Virus record (IMG/VR): IMGVR_UViG_3300021354_000450
Span: 1 to 64,000 of that record
Reading direction: 5' to 3' (one strand)
DNA from: a virus
DNA length: 64,000 nt
Under the pieces are notes generated by a model. The model was not told where the DNA came from, ran no database searches, and saw only the letters and a program-made list of their open reading frames with translations. Made by a program: the position numbers and the translations under genes. This document shows positions 9,915 through 19,451 of this stretch, piece after piece. Every line of letters begins with the position of its first letter. Within the stretch, counting starts at the first letter, position 1.

Positions 9915-11961
9915 ACAAATTTTAACAAGTCCATGGACCGCATTAATTACTTTGGCATTAATATTAAGTATTAGAATATCTGACCCTTCATTTGTAGAAT
10001 CAGTTAGATTAAGGTATTTTGATACATTAATTACAAGTAAAGAACAAACTGAAAACAATATTGTTACAGTCAACATTGATGAAGAATCATTAACAAAATA
10101 TGGACAATGGCCTTTCCCTCGCGGAGAATATGCTAAAATTATCGATGACTTATATTCAAAAAATGCAAGTTTAGTTGTTTGGAATATTCTTATGCCAGAT
10201 ACTGATCGTAGCAAGCAAGATGAAAAACTTGCAAAAGCATTTTCAAAATTTCCAGTTGTTTTAGGAAATGTTCCTTCACAACAAACAAAAAATCAACCAG
10301 TTGCACCTGGTAGTGTTGTTATTGGATCTGAATTTCAAAATCGTATTGTACAATATCCTGGACTTATTGCAAATATTCAAACATTAGAACTAAATGCAGC
10401 AGGTATTGGGACAACTAATACACTTCCTGAAATTGATGGAGTTAATAGACGTATTCCGCTTATTGTTTCTGTTAATGACCACATTTATCCGAGTTTGTCA
10501 ATAGAAACTGTTCGTGTTGCTGTAGACGAATCAACAGTTCAAGTAAAGTTAAATGAATTAGGTGTTGAAAAACTTAGAATACCAGCGATTGGTCCGATTG
10601 ATACAGATAACCTAGGACGTATTTGGATTGACTGGAGTCAACAACATCAATCATATAGTTTAGAACATTTACCAGATAGTCTTGAAGGTTCGATTGTTAT
10701 TGTCGGAACAAGTGCAGCTGGTTTAGGCAATCCAGTTCCGACAAGTATCGGAAGTGTTTGGCCTCAAGATATGCAAGCAACTGTTATTGGTACAATGCTT
10801 AATAAAGTAAATATTCAACGTCCTTATTGGGCCGATGCTGCTGAAGAAGGAATATTACTTGTTGCTAGCTTACTTCTTTTATTTTTAACAAGATGGATTT
10901 ATGTCGGATTAGCAAGTACAATCATTCTTACAGTTGGTGCAGTTGTGGGAAGTAAATTTGCATTTACTGAATATTTGTATTTGTTAGATGCAACTGTATT
11001 AGTTGGTGGAATTGTTCTTGTTGCGTTACATGCATATGGTGTTAAATTTGTAAGTGAATTTCTACAAAAACAACAAATTAAGAAACAATTTGGTAGTTAT
11101 GTTAATCCTACAATTGTTGAAAAGTTACAAAAAGATCCTAGCTTAATTAAACTAGGAGGAGAACGTAAAGAACTTTCAATTGTAATGACAGACCTTAGAG
11201 GTTTTACAACACTAGGAGAATCGTTTGGTGATGACGTTGAAGGACTGACTCAAATAATGAACGATTATATGACAGCATTAAGTGTACCTGTTTTAAAAAA
11301 TGATGGAACACTTATTAAATTTATTGGTGATGCAAGTTTACATGTGCATGGAGCTCCTTTAAACGATCCTGATCATGCAATAACCGCTGTTAAAACTGCA
11401 CAACAAATGATTAAAGCAATTGATGAATTTAACGTTGAACTAACAGCAAAAGGTCGTCCGCCAGTTGGTATGGGTGCAGGTGTTAATACAGGTGAAACAC
11501 TAATCGGAAACATTGGTTCAAAAGATAAGTTTGGATATGATGTATTAGGTGATAGTGTAAGTACTGCTGCACGGTTAGAAGGTCAAACTAAATCTTATGG
11601 TGTTTTGTTAATTATAGGTCCTAAAACAAATGAACTTGTTAAAGATAAAATATTTACATTAGAACTTGATAATATTGCTGTTAAAGGTAAGACAATTGGA
11701 TTAAGAATATATACTCCATTATTAACAGAAGATGTTGATTTAGAATCTTATGAAGAAAGCAGAAAATTTCATAATGAAATGTTAGACGCTTATCGTAACC
11801 AACAGTTTGATGAAGCAATCAAAATGTCAAGACTCCTTATGAAACATTTTGATGGTCAAATGGAACATAGCTACGAGCTATGGATCGAAAGATGCGAACA
11901 AATGAAGAAAACAAACCTACCTATGATTTGGGATGGAATTTTTAGAGCCACATCAAAATAA
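9889..11961 (+). CDS. CHASE2-domain membrane class III adenylate cyclase
   Basis: IVTVNIDEESL..YGQWPFPR (CHASE2), TM helices, MTDLRGFT, IKFIGDA, YDVLGDSVSTAARLE. Confidence 0.93.
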   Translation: MKNPKLILRQILTSPWTALITLALILSIRISDPSFVESVRLRYFDTLITSKEQTENNIVTVNIDEESLTKYGQWPFPRGEYAKIIDDLYSKNASLVVWNILMPDTDRSKQDEKLAKAFSKFPVVLGNVPSQQTKNQPVAPGSVVIGSEFQNRIVQYPGLIANIQTLELNAAGIGTTNTLPEIDGVNRRIPLIVSVNDHIYPSLSIETVRVAVDESTVQVKLNELGVEKLRIPAIGPIDTDNLGRIWIDWSQQHQSYSLEHLPDSLEGSIVIVGTSAAGLGNPVPTSIGSVWPQDMQATVIGTMLNKVNIQRPYWADAAEEGILLVASLLLLFLTRWIYVGLASTIILTVGAVVGSKFAFTEYLYLLDATVLVGGIVLVALHAYGVKFVSEFLQKQQIKKQFGSYVNPTIVEKLQKDPSLIKLGGERKELSIVMTDLRGFTTLGESFGDDVEGLTQIMNDYMTALSVPVLKNDGTLIKFIGDASLHVHGAPLNDPDHAITAVKTAQQMIKAIDEFNVELTAKGRPPVGMGAGVNTGETLIGNIGSKDKFGYDVLGDSVSTAARLEGQTKSYGVLLIIGPKTNELVKDKIFTLELDNIAVKGKTIGLRIYTPLLTEDVDLESYEESRKFHNEMLDAYRNQQFDEAIKMSRLLMKHFDGQMEHSYELWIERCEQMKKTNLPMIWDGIFRATSK

Positions 11962-12294
11962 TTAACTTTCACTAGCGGCAGCAGATTTTGTGTCGTCGCT
12001 AGTTTCTGTTTTATTAATTCTAGAATTAATTTCTTTTTCAGCTTCGACTCGTTCGTATTCAATAGTTTTACCACGTAAATGTAATACAGTATTAACTTTT
12101 TGATTTAATCTAATAAGATCATTATCTAACATACGAATACGATCAATTAGTGCAATTAATACAGTATTTGCGTCACTTATAACCGGTTTTACTTCTTTTG
12201 TAGCCCATTCCCATACATATTTGATAATAAAACCCATACCTACTGCCATTACTATAGGAAAGCCGTATTTGTTTACTAATTCTACAATATCCAT
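11962..12294 (-). CDS. Small membrane protein, one TM plus coiled coil
   Basis: YGFPIVMAVGMGFII TM; resembles 12704-12985. Confidence 0.75.
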   Translation of the reverse strand: MDIVELVNKYGFPIVMAVGMGFIIKYVWEWATKEVKPVISDANTVLIALIDRIRMLDNDLIRLNQKVNTVLHLRGKTIEYERVEAEKEINSRINKTETSDDTKSAAASES

Positions 12295-12326
12295 TCTATA
12301 TCCTTGATAAATTCACGTGCTTTCAT

Positions 12327-12560
12327 TTATTGATCCGTTCCCTTTTCTTTGTTACTTGTTTCTGTATGATTAAGAGTTAAAATTTTCTTTGCAATCTCAC
12401 TTCCGCCTACAACGGCCATGTAAACTAAAAGCAATTCCCAACTATTTGCATCATGTGCTGTTGTTAGTACAATATAAGTTGATACACCGTATGCGATATG
12501 TGTCCATAACTTTGAACTACTTGGTTTTCCTGTATGCGAATCGATAAATAAAAATTTCAT
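12327..12560 (-). CDS. Small two-TM membrane protein (holin-like)
   Basis: TGKPSSSKLWTHIAY followed by two hydrophobic helices. Confidence 0.6.
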   Translation of the reverse strand: MKFLFIDSHTGKPSSSKLWTHIAYGVSTYIVLTTAHDANSWELLLVYMAVVGGSEIAKKILTLNHTETSNKEKGTDQ

Positions 12561-12564
12561 ATCG

Positions 12565-12753
12565 TTATCCTCTTACATAAGAAAGAGGTAATTCAATATG
12601 CCATCTTTCATATCCAATTTCTATTCCAAATACAATTCCAACAATTAATCCAAATATAACAGCAATAAAAAGTTCAGGTGTGGACCAAACCCATTTTTTA
12701 TAATTAGTCTCTTCGCGCATCATTCTTCCCGTCAGCACGAGCAATACGATCAA
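12565..12753 (-). CDS. Small membrane protein (start uncertain)
   Basis: Hydrophobic helix LFIAVIFGLIVGIVFG; packed within the operon. Confidence 0.45.
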   Translation of the reverse strand: MIVLLVLTGRMMREETNYKKWVWSTPELFIAVIFGLIVGIVFGIEIGYERWHIELPLSYVRG

Positions 12754-12985
12754 CGTCAGGTTTTAAACCAAGAGCATTTGATACGATTGTATCTATTCTT
12801 ACAACATCATGATTCATCGTTTTAACACGGTTATCTAATGCGGTAATGATTCCAGCCATGCCTTTGATTGATCCTAATACACCTTGTAACAGTAGTTTGA
12901 TAGTTAGATACACAAAGTATCCACCTGCTAATGCTGCTGCTACAGGCATGCCAAGATCGCCTATAATTTTAAAGATATCACCCAT
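12704..12985 (-). CDS. Small membrane protein, one TM plus coiled coil
   Basis: LGMPVAAALAGGYFV TM; LDNRVKTMNHDVVRID. Confidence 0.75.
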   Translation of the reverse strand: MGDIFKIIGDLGMPVAAALAGGYFVYLTIKLLLQGVLGSIKGMAGIITALDNRVKTMNHDVVRIDTIVSNALGLKPDVDRIARADGKNDARRD

Positions 12986-13064
12986 TGTCTACTCCAGAAA
13001 AAGTTTATTGTATTTACTGGGTAGATAACGATTAATATCTATGCACTTAATTGTATTATTTTTC

Positions 13065-14006
13065 TTACCAGATAAAGTTTTGTTTATAATAGTCTACTAT
13101 TTTTGCAAGTTCGATGTTAAAGTTTGCTTCAGTTTTCCATCCTAACGCTTTGAGTTTGCTATCATCAATTGCATAACGAACATCTTGCCCTAATCGATTA
13201 AGTGGTGTGATATAATTTTCAACATCTGTTCTTCCATTATATAATTCTAATATCTTTTTTACAACTGTTAAATTATCAATTTCATAATTTCCGGAAATAT
13301 TATAAATCTCATTAACTTTCCCTGAATTAATAATAGTAATAACAGCATTAGCAGTATCTTCAGCATGTAACCAAGTACGCACAGGAGTACCATTATTATG
13401 TAACTCTATATTCTTACCTACAGTTAGATACTTAACTGACTTTGGAATAAGTTTTTCAACATATTGTCCAATGCCGTAGTTATTAGTAGGACGTACAATA
13501 ACGTACGGTAAGTCAAATGTACGAGCCCAAGCAAGTACTAACATATCTGCCGCGGCCTTTGTAGCAGAGTACGGATTACTAGGTTTAAGCAAATCTGTTT
13601 CAGTATGGAAGCCACTAATAATATCACCGTATACTTCATCTGTTGAAAAATGTAGCAACACTGGCATTTTAATCTTAGGTTTTTGATTAATCAATTTTAG
13701 TATGTGATGAATACCGTCAATGTTCGAATGTACAAAATGATCCGAACGTTCAATTGAGTTATCAACGTGTGTCTCTGCGGCTGTGTTAATAAAGTAATCG
13801 CAATCGTATAACATTTCTAAATCGTTAATGTCGCTTTGAATAAATTTAAAGTTAGTATATTCTTTAAACTTAGATAAGAATTGAATGTTACTAGCATAAG
13901 TTAATTTGTCTACACCGATTACATACCACCCAAGTTCCAAACATTGACGAGTTACGTGTGTTCCTATAAATCCTAAACAACCTGTTACATATACGATTTT
14001 TTTCAT
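13065..14006 (-). CDS. NDP-glucose 4,6-dehydratase (RmlB-like)
   Basis: VTGCLGFIG, AAETHVDNSI, STDEVYG, PYSATK. Confidence 0.93.
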   Translation of the reverse strand: MKKIVYVTGCLGFIGTHVTRQCLELGWYVIGVDKLTYASNIQFLSKFKEYTNFKFIQSDINDLEMLYDCDYFINTAAETHVDNSIERSDHFVHSNIDGIHHILKLINQKPKIKMPVLLHFSTDEVYGDIISGFHTETDLLKPSNPYSATKAAADMLVLAWARTFDLPYVIVRPTNNYGIGQYVEKLIPKSVKYLTVGKNIELHNNGTPVRTWLHAEDTANAVITIINSGKVNEIYNISGNYEIDNLTVVKKILELYNGRTDVENYITPLNRLGQDVRYAIDDSKLKALGWKTEANFNIELAKIVDYYKQNFIW

Positions 14007-14890
14007 ATTACTCCTTTGTAAATAAAATTTTGTAAACTATCTAGATTATCCACAATCCACTTAGGATGTGTTTCCTCTGTAATTTCTACTTTCTGTAATG
14101 CATAATCATGAAACAGTCTTGCTACTGCTTCTTCTTTAGTTGTATGATCAAACTTTGTTTTCATTCCAGAATATACGTCTCTAGAATGTGCCCAACTACG
14201 TTGTTTCTCTAGTACAAGTTCTCCATCAGTTGGATCTAAGAAAGTAAAGTGCCATCCTGCGTTAAGTACAGCAGGGTGTGTACTAATACTTGCTTGACGA
14301 ATAGTTGAAGGCATAATCAACTTAAAGTTGCTGTATTCAGTTAATGTTCCGACCATATGTTGCGTCCAATGCTTGTGCAATAAATTCATTTTATAAGCAT
14401 AGATATAAACTTGCAAAAAGAAAATAGGACGAAGACCGCGATTATCTCTAAAATTCTTATCAGCAAATGCCGGCAAGCAACTTTCAAAAGCAGACTTTCT
14501 TAAAAGTTCATCTAGACACGAAATATAAACAATGTCGTCATCCTGTGCACCTATTTCTGCCAATACCTGTGTTATGTAGTTGTGCTGAAAATGATCTCTT
14601 TTCCAGTCCATAGGATTTGGCGTATGCTGATATGCTTCTAAAGTATGCTGATCGAGTAAATGAGGATACTTAGGCATTTCTGTAGCAAAACTTTCAATAC
14701 ATCTGTATTCAATTTTACTAGCATAGGGTTTAAACCTCTCGTGATCAAACTTAGGTTGTTTTGGTAATCCTGTGTGCGTTTCTGCAGCTTCAACTACAAT
14801 AAACTTGTCAACAAAATCCCAATGAGATTTAAGTCTAATCTCATATAGATCATTTTCATTTAAAAACATACAGCAATCATATACTGCCAT
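14003..14890 (-). CDS. Glycosyltransferase, GT17-like
   Basis: VYDCCMFLNENDLYEIRL, VDKFIVVEAAETHTG.PK, AGWHFTF. Confidence 0.75.
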   Translation of the reverse strand: MAVYDCCMFLNENDLYEIRLKSHWDFVDKFIVVEAAETHTGLPKQPKFDHERFKPYASKIEYRCIESFATEMPKYPHLLDQHTLEAYQHTPNPMDWKRDHFQHNYITQVLAEIGAQDDDIVYISCLDELLRKSAFESCLPAFADKNFRDNRGLRPIFFLQVYIYAYKMNLLHKHWTQHMVGTLTEYSNFKLIMPSTIRQASISTHPAVLNAGWHFTFLDPTDGELVLEKQRSWAHSRDVYSGMKTKFDHTTKEEAVARLFHDYALQKVEITEETHPKWIVDNLDSLQNFIYKGVI

Positions 14891-15697
14891 TCAACCCTCT
14901 GTAAAATATTGTTTGATACTTTCTTTGATGCCAACTAAGGGCAATCCAACGACAGCTAATTTCTCTCCACTTCCGGTATAGTTTATATTGCTAACACTTT
15001 GGATATTTACTGTTGTAGTAACTCCGTGTGCCTGACGGAACATTTCAAGTAGCTCACTAACTGTATTCTTTTTTTGATAAACACAGTTAATGTCCTTCAT
15101 TGGCTCATTGTTACTATTTAAGTAATGTGAAACTACCTGGAGGAAATCTTGGAGACCAAAGTAATCTACTTGTCTATCGATTATGTCAATAGTTTTTTGT
15201 TGTGTAAATCTACTGAATAATCTACGAGGTAATTCCTTAACTCCAAAGCAACTAAACAATCTAAGATTGTAGAAGCCTTCTTTACCTAAACATAGTCTAG
15301 CAATTACATTCTTACTGTATCCGTAACTGTCTTTTGGATTAACTTCTAAGATGCGTTCTTCGGGAGTATTGTCTAAGGAATCTTCTCTGCCAAATTCACT
15401 GCCGCTGGCAATATTAATAAACCGATTGAATAAATGACTGTTATTATAAAAGTTTAAAAACACATTCAAGTTGTTTTGAATGTCTTCATAGCACCGATCT
15501 TCAGCACGGTCATTGCTAGTCATTGTAGCACAGTTGATTACTACATCGGGGCGATTAGTAGTAAGCCATTCAGTGACTTGAAGAAAATTAGTAAGATCTA
15601 CGTCTTTTCTAGTGACAGATATTTTTTCGCAGTTTTTTAAATTACGAACAAGATATCCGCCAATAAAACCACTTCCACCTAAGACTGCTACTCGCAT
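14891..15697 (-). CDS. NAD-dependent epimerase/reductase (extended SDR)
   Basis: LGGSGFIG, YGYSK, LRLFSCFG. Confidence 0.85.
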   Translation of the reverse strand: MRVAVLGGSGFIGGYLVRNLKNCEKISVTRKDVDLTNFLQVTEWLTTNRPDVVINCATMTSNDRAEDRCYEDIQNNLNVFLNFYNNSHLFNRFINIASGSEFGREDSLDNTPEERILEVNPKDSYGYSKNVIARLCLGKEGFYNLRLFSCFGVKELPRRLFSRFTQQKTIDIIDRQVDYFGLQDFLQVVSHYLNSNNEPMKDINCVYQKKNTVSELLEMFRQAHGVTTTVNIQSVSNINYTGSGEKLAVVGLPLVGIKESIKQYFTEG

Positions 15698-16737
15698 TAT
15701 ACCAACGTTAAGTTAGATCCTGCTACATTTTCTTTTGCGGCAGCAAGTTCTTGTGCTACTTCAAAGATTAAACTTTCTTGTCCGGCAACTGCTTTACGCT
15801 TTCCTAGTTCCATAAAAATGTCTCTAGGGTCTACATTGTAATCTTTTGCCGCAGTCGCAACGTGTTTAGCAAAGCCAGAAAATACTCCACTTAATCCACT
15901 AATAATAGACATTGGGCTACTAAACGGCGGAACGGGATTAAACTCTTTGCCAGCAAGATCAGCCGCATCAAGCAACTTGTACAAGTCGATACCTGTATGA
16001 TAACCTAAACGATGTAGCACAGCAATCAATACTTCTAATTGTGTATTACCTGCGCCGGCACCAAACCCACGGATACTGGCATCAAGGATAGAAGCACCGG
16101 CACGGATAGCGGCAACGCTATTAGCAGTACCCATACCTAAATTGTTGTGGCCATGAAACCCAACTGGAATGTCAAGTCCTTCAACGAGTGCTGTAATACG
16201 TGCAGTAACGTCCTCTAGGAAGTATGTTCCTGACGAATCCATAATCACTAATGCTTGAGCACCGTAGTTCTGCATCTTGCGAGCTTCTTCTACAAGTTTG
16301 TCAATACTGGCCATGTGACTCATCATTAGAATACCATATGCTGTTTTATTTGCTTTACGAACATACTCAATATGACGTTGGCAAATGTCTGCTTCAGTGA
16401 CATGTGATGCTACTCGAAATACATCAACCCCTAAATCAATTGCTTTGATTAGATCTCGCTTGATTGTAGCAAAGCCTGGAATAACGTGCATTGACAAGTT
16501 TGCGTTCTTTAAGTTTTCACGAGCAATAGTAATAATTCTTTCATCGCTTACTAATGCTTCGCCAACTAGCATAGAACTTGCGCCAAGCCCGTTTCCGTGT
16601 CCTATTTCTATGTTTGGCACTCCCGCGGCATCTGCTGCAATACAATACTTACGAATGTTGTCTTCGGTTAGTTGATGACGAACTGCGTGATTGCCGTCTC
16701 GTAAAGTAGGATCGTGAATAACAATGTGTTTGTTCAT
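15697..16737 (-). CDS. 4-hydroxy-2-oxovalerate aldolase (DmpG/MhpE family)
   Basis: DPTLRDGNHAVRHQ, EIGHGNGLGASS, FHGHNNLG, GAGAGN. Confidence 0.95.
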   Translation of the reverse strand: MNKHIVIHDPTLRDGNHAVRHQLTEDNIRKYCIAADAAGVPNIEIGHGNGLGASSMLVGEALVSDERIITIARENLKNANLSMHVIPGFATIKRDLIKAIDLGVDVFRVASHVTEADICQRHIEYVRKANKTAYGILMMSHMASIDKLVEEARKMQNYGAQALVIMDSSGTYFLEDVTARITALVEGLDIPVGFHGHNNLGMGTANSVAAIRAGASILDASIRGFGAGAGNTQLEVLIAVLHRLGYHTGIDLYKLLDAADLAGKEFNPVPPFSSPMSIISGLSGVFSGFAKHVATAAKDYNVDPRDIFMELGKRKAVAGQESLIFEVAQELAAAKENVAGSNLTLV

Positions 16738-16738
16738 A

Positions 16739-17623
16739 TTAATGTTTCCTTGCTTGAGCCATTAGCTCTAATACTTTAATTGCTGCACAGTTAATAATAT
16801 CTAAATTACCTGCATACTGTGGCAAGAAGTCTCCTGCGCCAAGAACTTTAACAGTTACAATAACTGTATCGTCTTTAACGATAGGTGGAACTAATAGTTG
16901 ATATCCGGGAACATATTTGCGAATTGTTTCAACCATGTCGTTTACTGATTCTGTAATACGTGCCAAGTCTGGATTTTTAATCTTGGCGTAGATAGTTGTG
17001 TCCATATCAATCGGAGGACTTGCTGGATTAAGGATTAAGATTGCCTTACTACGTTTGGCACCACTGAACTTACGTAATGCTTCTTCTGTGGTGTTTACAT
17101 ACTCATCTAAGTTTTGTCTAGTAGCAGGTCCAGCACTTAATGAAGCAATACTAGATGCGACTTCAACATATTCAATATTTTTGTGAACACGGGCTAGAGC
17201 CGCCGCAATAGGAACAGTAGTTTGGCCGCCGCAGGTAATCATATTGACATTAACAACATTATCATTTCCCCATGTGCCTGTAGCAAGTGCTGGTACACAA
17301 GTTTCCCCTAGTTTAGCAGGAGTCATGTCGATGACTGGTTTGCCTAATTCTTTTAGTACCCGCCAATGTTCGACGTGTGCTTGTGCAGATGTGCAGTCAA
17401 CAACAATATCGCAAATACTAGGATTATTAATAATTGCTTGAATGCCTTGATCTGTAATAGGTACGTTTAGTGACTTAGCACGGAGCATACCTTTCGAGTC
17501 TAATGTACGTCCGGCAAATAAAGTACAAACAAGATTTTCAGATCTTGTAATCTTAATTAAAAGATCTGTACCAATATTGCCTGTACCTATAATTGCTATT
17601 TTAACTTTATCGTGAGTAGTCAT
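16739..17623 (-). CDS. Acetaldehyde dehydrogenase, acylating (DmpF/MhpF family)
   Basis: IGTGNIGTDL, NVNMITCGGQ, SAGPATRQNLDEY, YAGNLDII. Confidence 0.95.
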   Translation of the reverse strand: MTTHDKVKIAIIGTGNIGTDLLIKITRSENLVCTLFAGRTLDSKGMLRAKSLNVPITDQGIQAIINNPSICDIVVDCTSAQAHVEHWRVLKELGKPVIDMTPAKLGETCVPALATGTWGNDNVVNVNMITCGGQTTVPIAAALARVHKNIEYVEVASSIASLSAGPATRQNLDEYVNTTEEALRKFSGAKRSKAILILNPASPPIDMDTTIYAKIKNPDLARITESVNDMVETIRKYVPGYQLLVPPIVKDDTVIVTVKVLGAGDFLPQYAGNLDIINCAAIKVLELMAQARKH

Positions 17624-17624
17624 A

Positions 17625-19442
17625 TTACTCTTTTGATTTTTCGTGAACACCGATGATCATTGCTTTTTCTAACGCATCGCGTGGAATTAGCGGACCAAGG
17701 TCTTCTAATGGACTGGATACTTGAGTACCGTCTTCTTTAATTATCCAACCTAACTTTGGAGTAAATGGTTGCTTAGGATGCATGAATACTTCGCAAATAA
17801 CGGGACCATTATGTGCTTGCACTTTGGCAATAATTTCATCGCAGTTGTCCCACGATCTGATTTGATAAGCTGGAATGTCAAATGCTACTGCTAACTTACT
17901 GTAGTCTGGACATGTTACTCCAGTTGATTTGTCTACACCTGTACGACTATCTTTAAACAATGCGTTCTGTGTGTGTTTGATCATTAAGTATCCATCGTTA
18001 TTAAAGATGAAAAGTTTAATAGGCAACTTGTGATGTACCATTGTCTGTAATTCTTGTAAGTTCATCATCATGCCACCATCGCAGTTTAAACACATAACTT
18101 CGCCACGGTCAGTAGCAAAGCTCGCACCAATTGCGCCAGGAAGTCCATAACCCATTTCGCCTAAACCTGTACTTGTCATTAAGCGTTGGCCTGGTTTAAA
18201 TTTTAATACTTGATGTCCACTTAACAGCGCAGTACCCATATCAGTTACAACAATCTGATCAGATTTAAAATGTTTATTGAGACGTTCCATGAATAAATAC
18301 GAGTTAATAAATCCATCTTTATCTTCGTGTTCTTTATCAACCCAAGGATAGTCTTTACGATATACATTACATTGGTCGATCCATTCTTTTTTGCTAGTCA
18401 TATCAACTGTGGCTATTTTTGCTAATAACATGTCAATAAACACTCCAGCATCGCATACAATACTTTCACGTGTGCGTGGCTTATTTTTAGCCGCTTCAAT
18501 AGCATCAATGTCCACAACGTCAATAGCCGCATCTCGAGCAAGTTCTGACAAGTTGTAACCAATCTGCGGAATTGCTAGTCGTGTGCCAATTGCTAAAACG
18601 TAACTGCTGTTCTGTAGTACAAAATTTGCACATCTCTGTCCATAAACGCCAGCACGACCATATACTAATGGATGATCGCTGTCAACCATGTCAATCCCTG
18701 CCCAACTTACAATTGCAGGAGATCCTAATTTTTCCAACAGCTCTGGAATACGATGTTTCGCACCTGCAAGACGAATGCCATGTCCTAACCAAAGCACAGG
18801 ACGAGGATTACTTATTAGACTTTGAACTACACGATCAATCTGACTTTCTAGTTCTAAGGTCTCGTAGCTCTTGGCAGGCACAGTAGCAAACTCATCGCAC
18901 ATCGCAGGATCTACTATGCTACTTTGTATGTCCATAGGAATTTCGACCCACACTGGTCCTGGACGTTGATCTAAAGAAATATAAGATGCTTTTTGTAATT
19001 CGTATTTTGTTTGCAATGGATCGACAACTCGAGTAGCATACTTGGTAACTTTTTTAACCATGTCGACGCTATCATAACCTTGTACTCCCCACATACGATA
19101 AGGACTGTGTGGTTGTGTGTGTTTTGAGTTTTCATTTCCTGAAATAATCAATCCAGGAATGCTGTCTGCCCAAGCAGAAACTACGCCAGTTACTCCATTA
19201 GTTGATCCAGCACCTGTTGTTAGTAAACAAGCGGCAAGTTTTCCTGTAGTACGATAGTAAGTTTGCATAGCCATTGTTGCGGCTTGCTCATGATGAACAC
19301 AGACAATTTCTGTAAAACCTCGTTTAGCAATGGCCTCAAAAATATGAACATCACCAGCACCAATAATGCCAAATGCGTGTTCGATACCTAGGTTCTCTAG
19401 GCATTCTGCGATAAGGTCTGCGACTTTAACTTTATTTGTCAT
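17625..19442 (-). CDS. ThDP-dependent enzyme (acetolactate synthase-like; YerE-like in this context)
   Basis: HHEQAA, TTGAGSTN, GLGEMGYGLPGA, DGGMMMNLQEL...NNDGY. Confidence 0.9.
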   Translation of the reverse strand: MTNKVKVADLIAECLENLGIEHAFGIIGAGDVHIFEAIAKRGFTEIVCVHHEQAATMAMQTYYRTTGKLAACLLTTGAGSTNGVTGVVSAWADSIPGLIISGNENSKHTQPHSPYRMWGVQGYDSVDMVKKVTKYATRVVDPLQTKYELQKASYISLDQRPGPVWVEIPMDIQSSIVDPAMCDEFATVPAKSYETLELESQIDRVVQSLISNPRPVLWLGHGIRLAGAKHRIPELLEKLGSPAIVSWAGIDMVDSDHPLVYGRAGVYGQRCANFVLQNSSYVLAIGTRLAIPQIGYNLSELARDAAIDVVDIDAIEAAKNKPRTRESIVCDAGVFIDMLLAKIATVDMTSKKEWIDQCNVYRKDYPWVDKEHEDKDGFINSYLFMERLNKHFKSDQIVVTDMGTALLSGHQVLKFKPGQRLMTSTGLGEMGYGLPGAIGASFATDRGEVMCLNCDGGMMMNLQELQTMVHHKLPIKLFIFNNDGYLMIKHTQNALFKDSRTGVDKSTGVTCPDYSKLAVAFDIPAYQIRSWDNCDEIIAKVQAHNGPVICEVFMHPKQPFTPKLGWIIKEDGTQVSSPLEDLGPLIPRDALEKAMIIGVHEKSKE

Positions 19443-19451
19443 GTAAATCCT

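Noticed and set aside
15697-17623. Aromatic meta-cleavage pathway
   Set aside because: No dioxygenase, hydrolase or hydratase; the genes are embedded in an NDP-sugar operon.
17625-19442. Branched-chain amino-acid acetolactate synthase (ilvB)
   Set aside because: No small subunit or other ilv genes; position after rfbH favours a YerE-like role.
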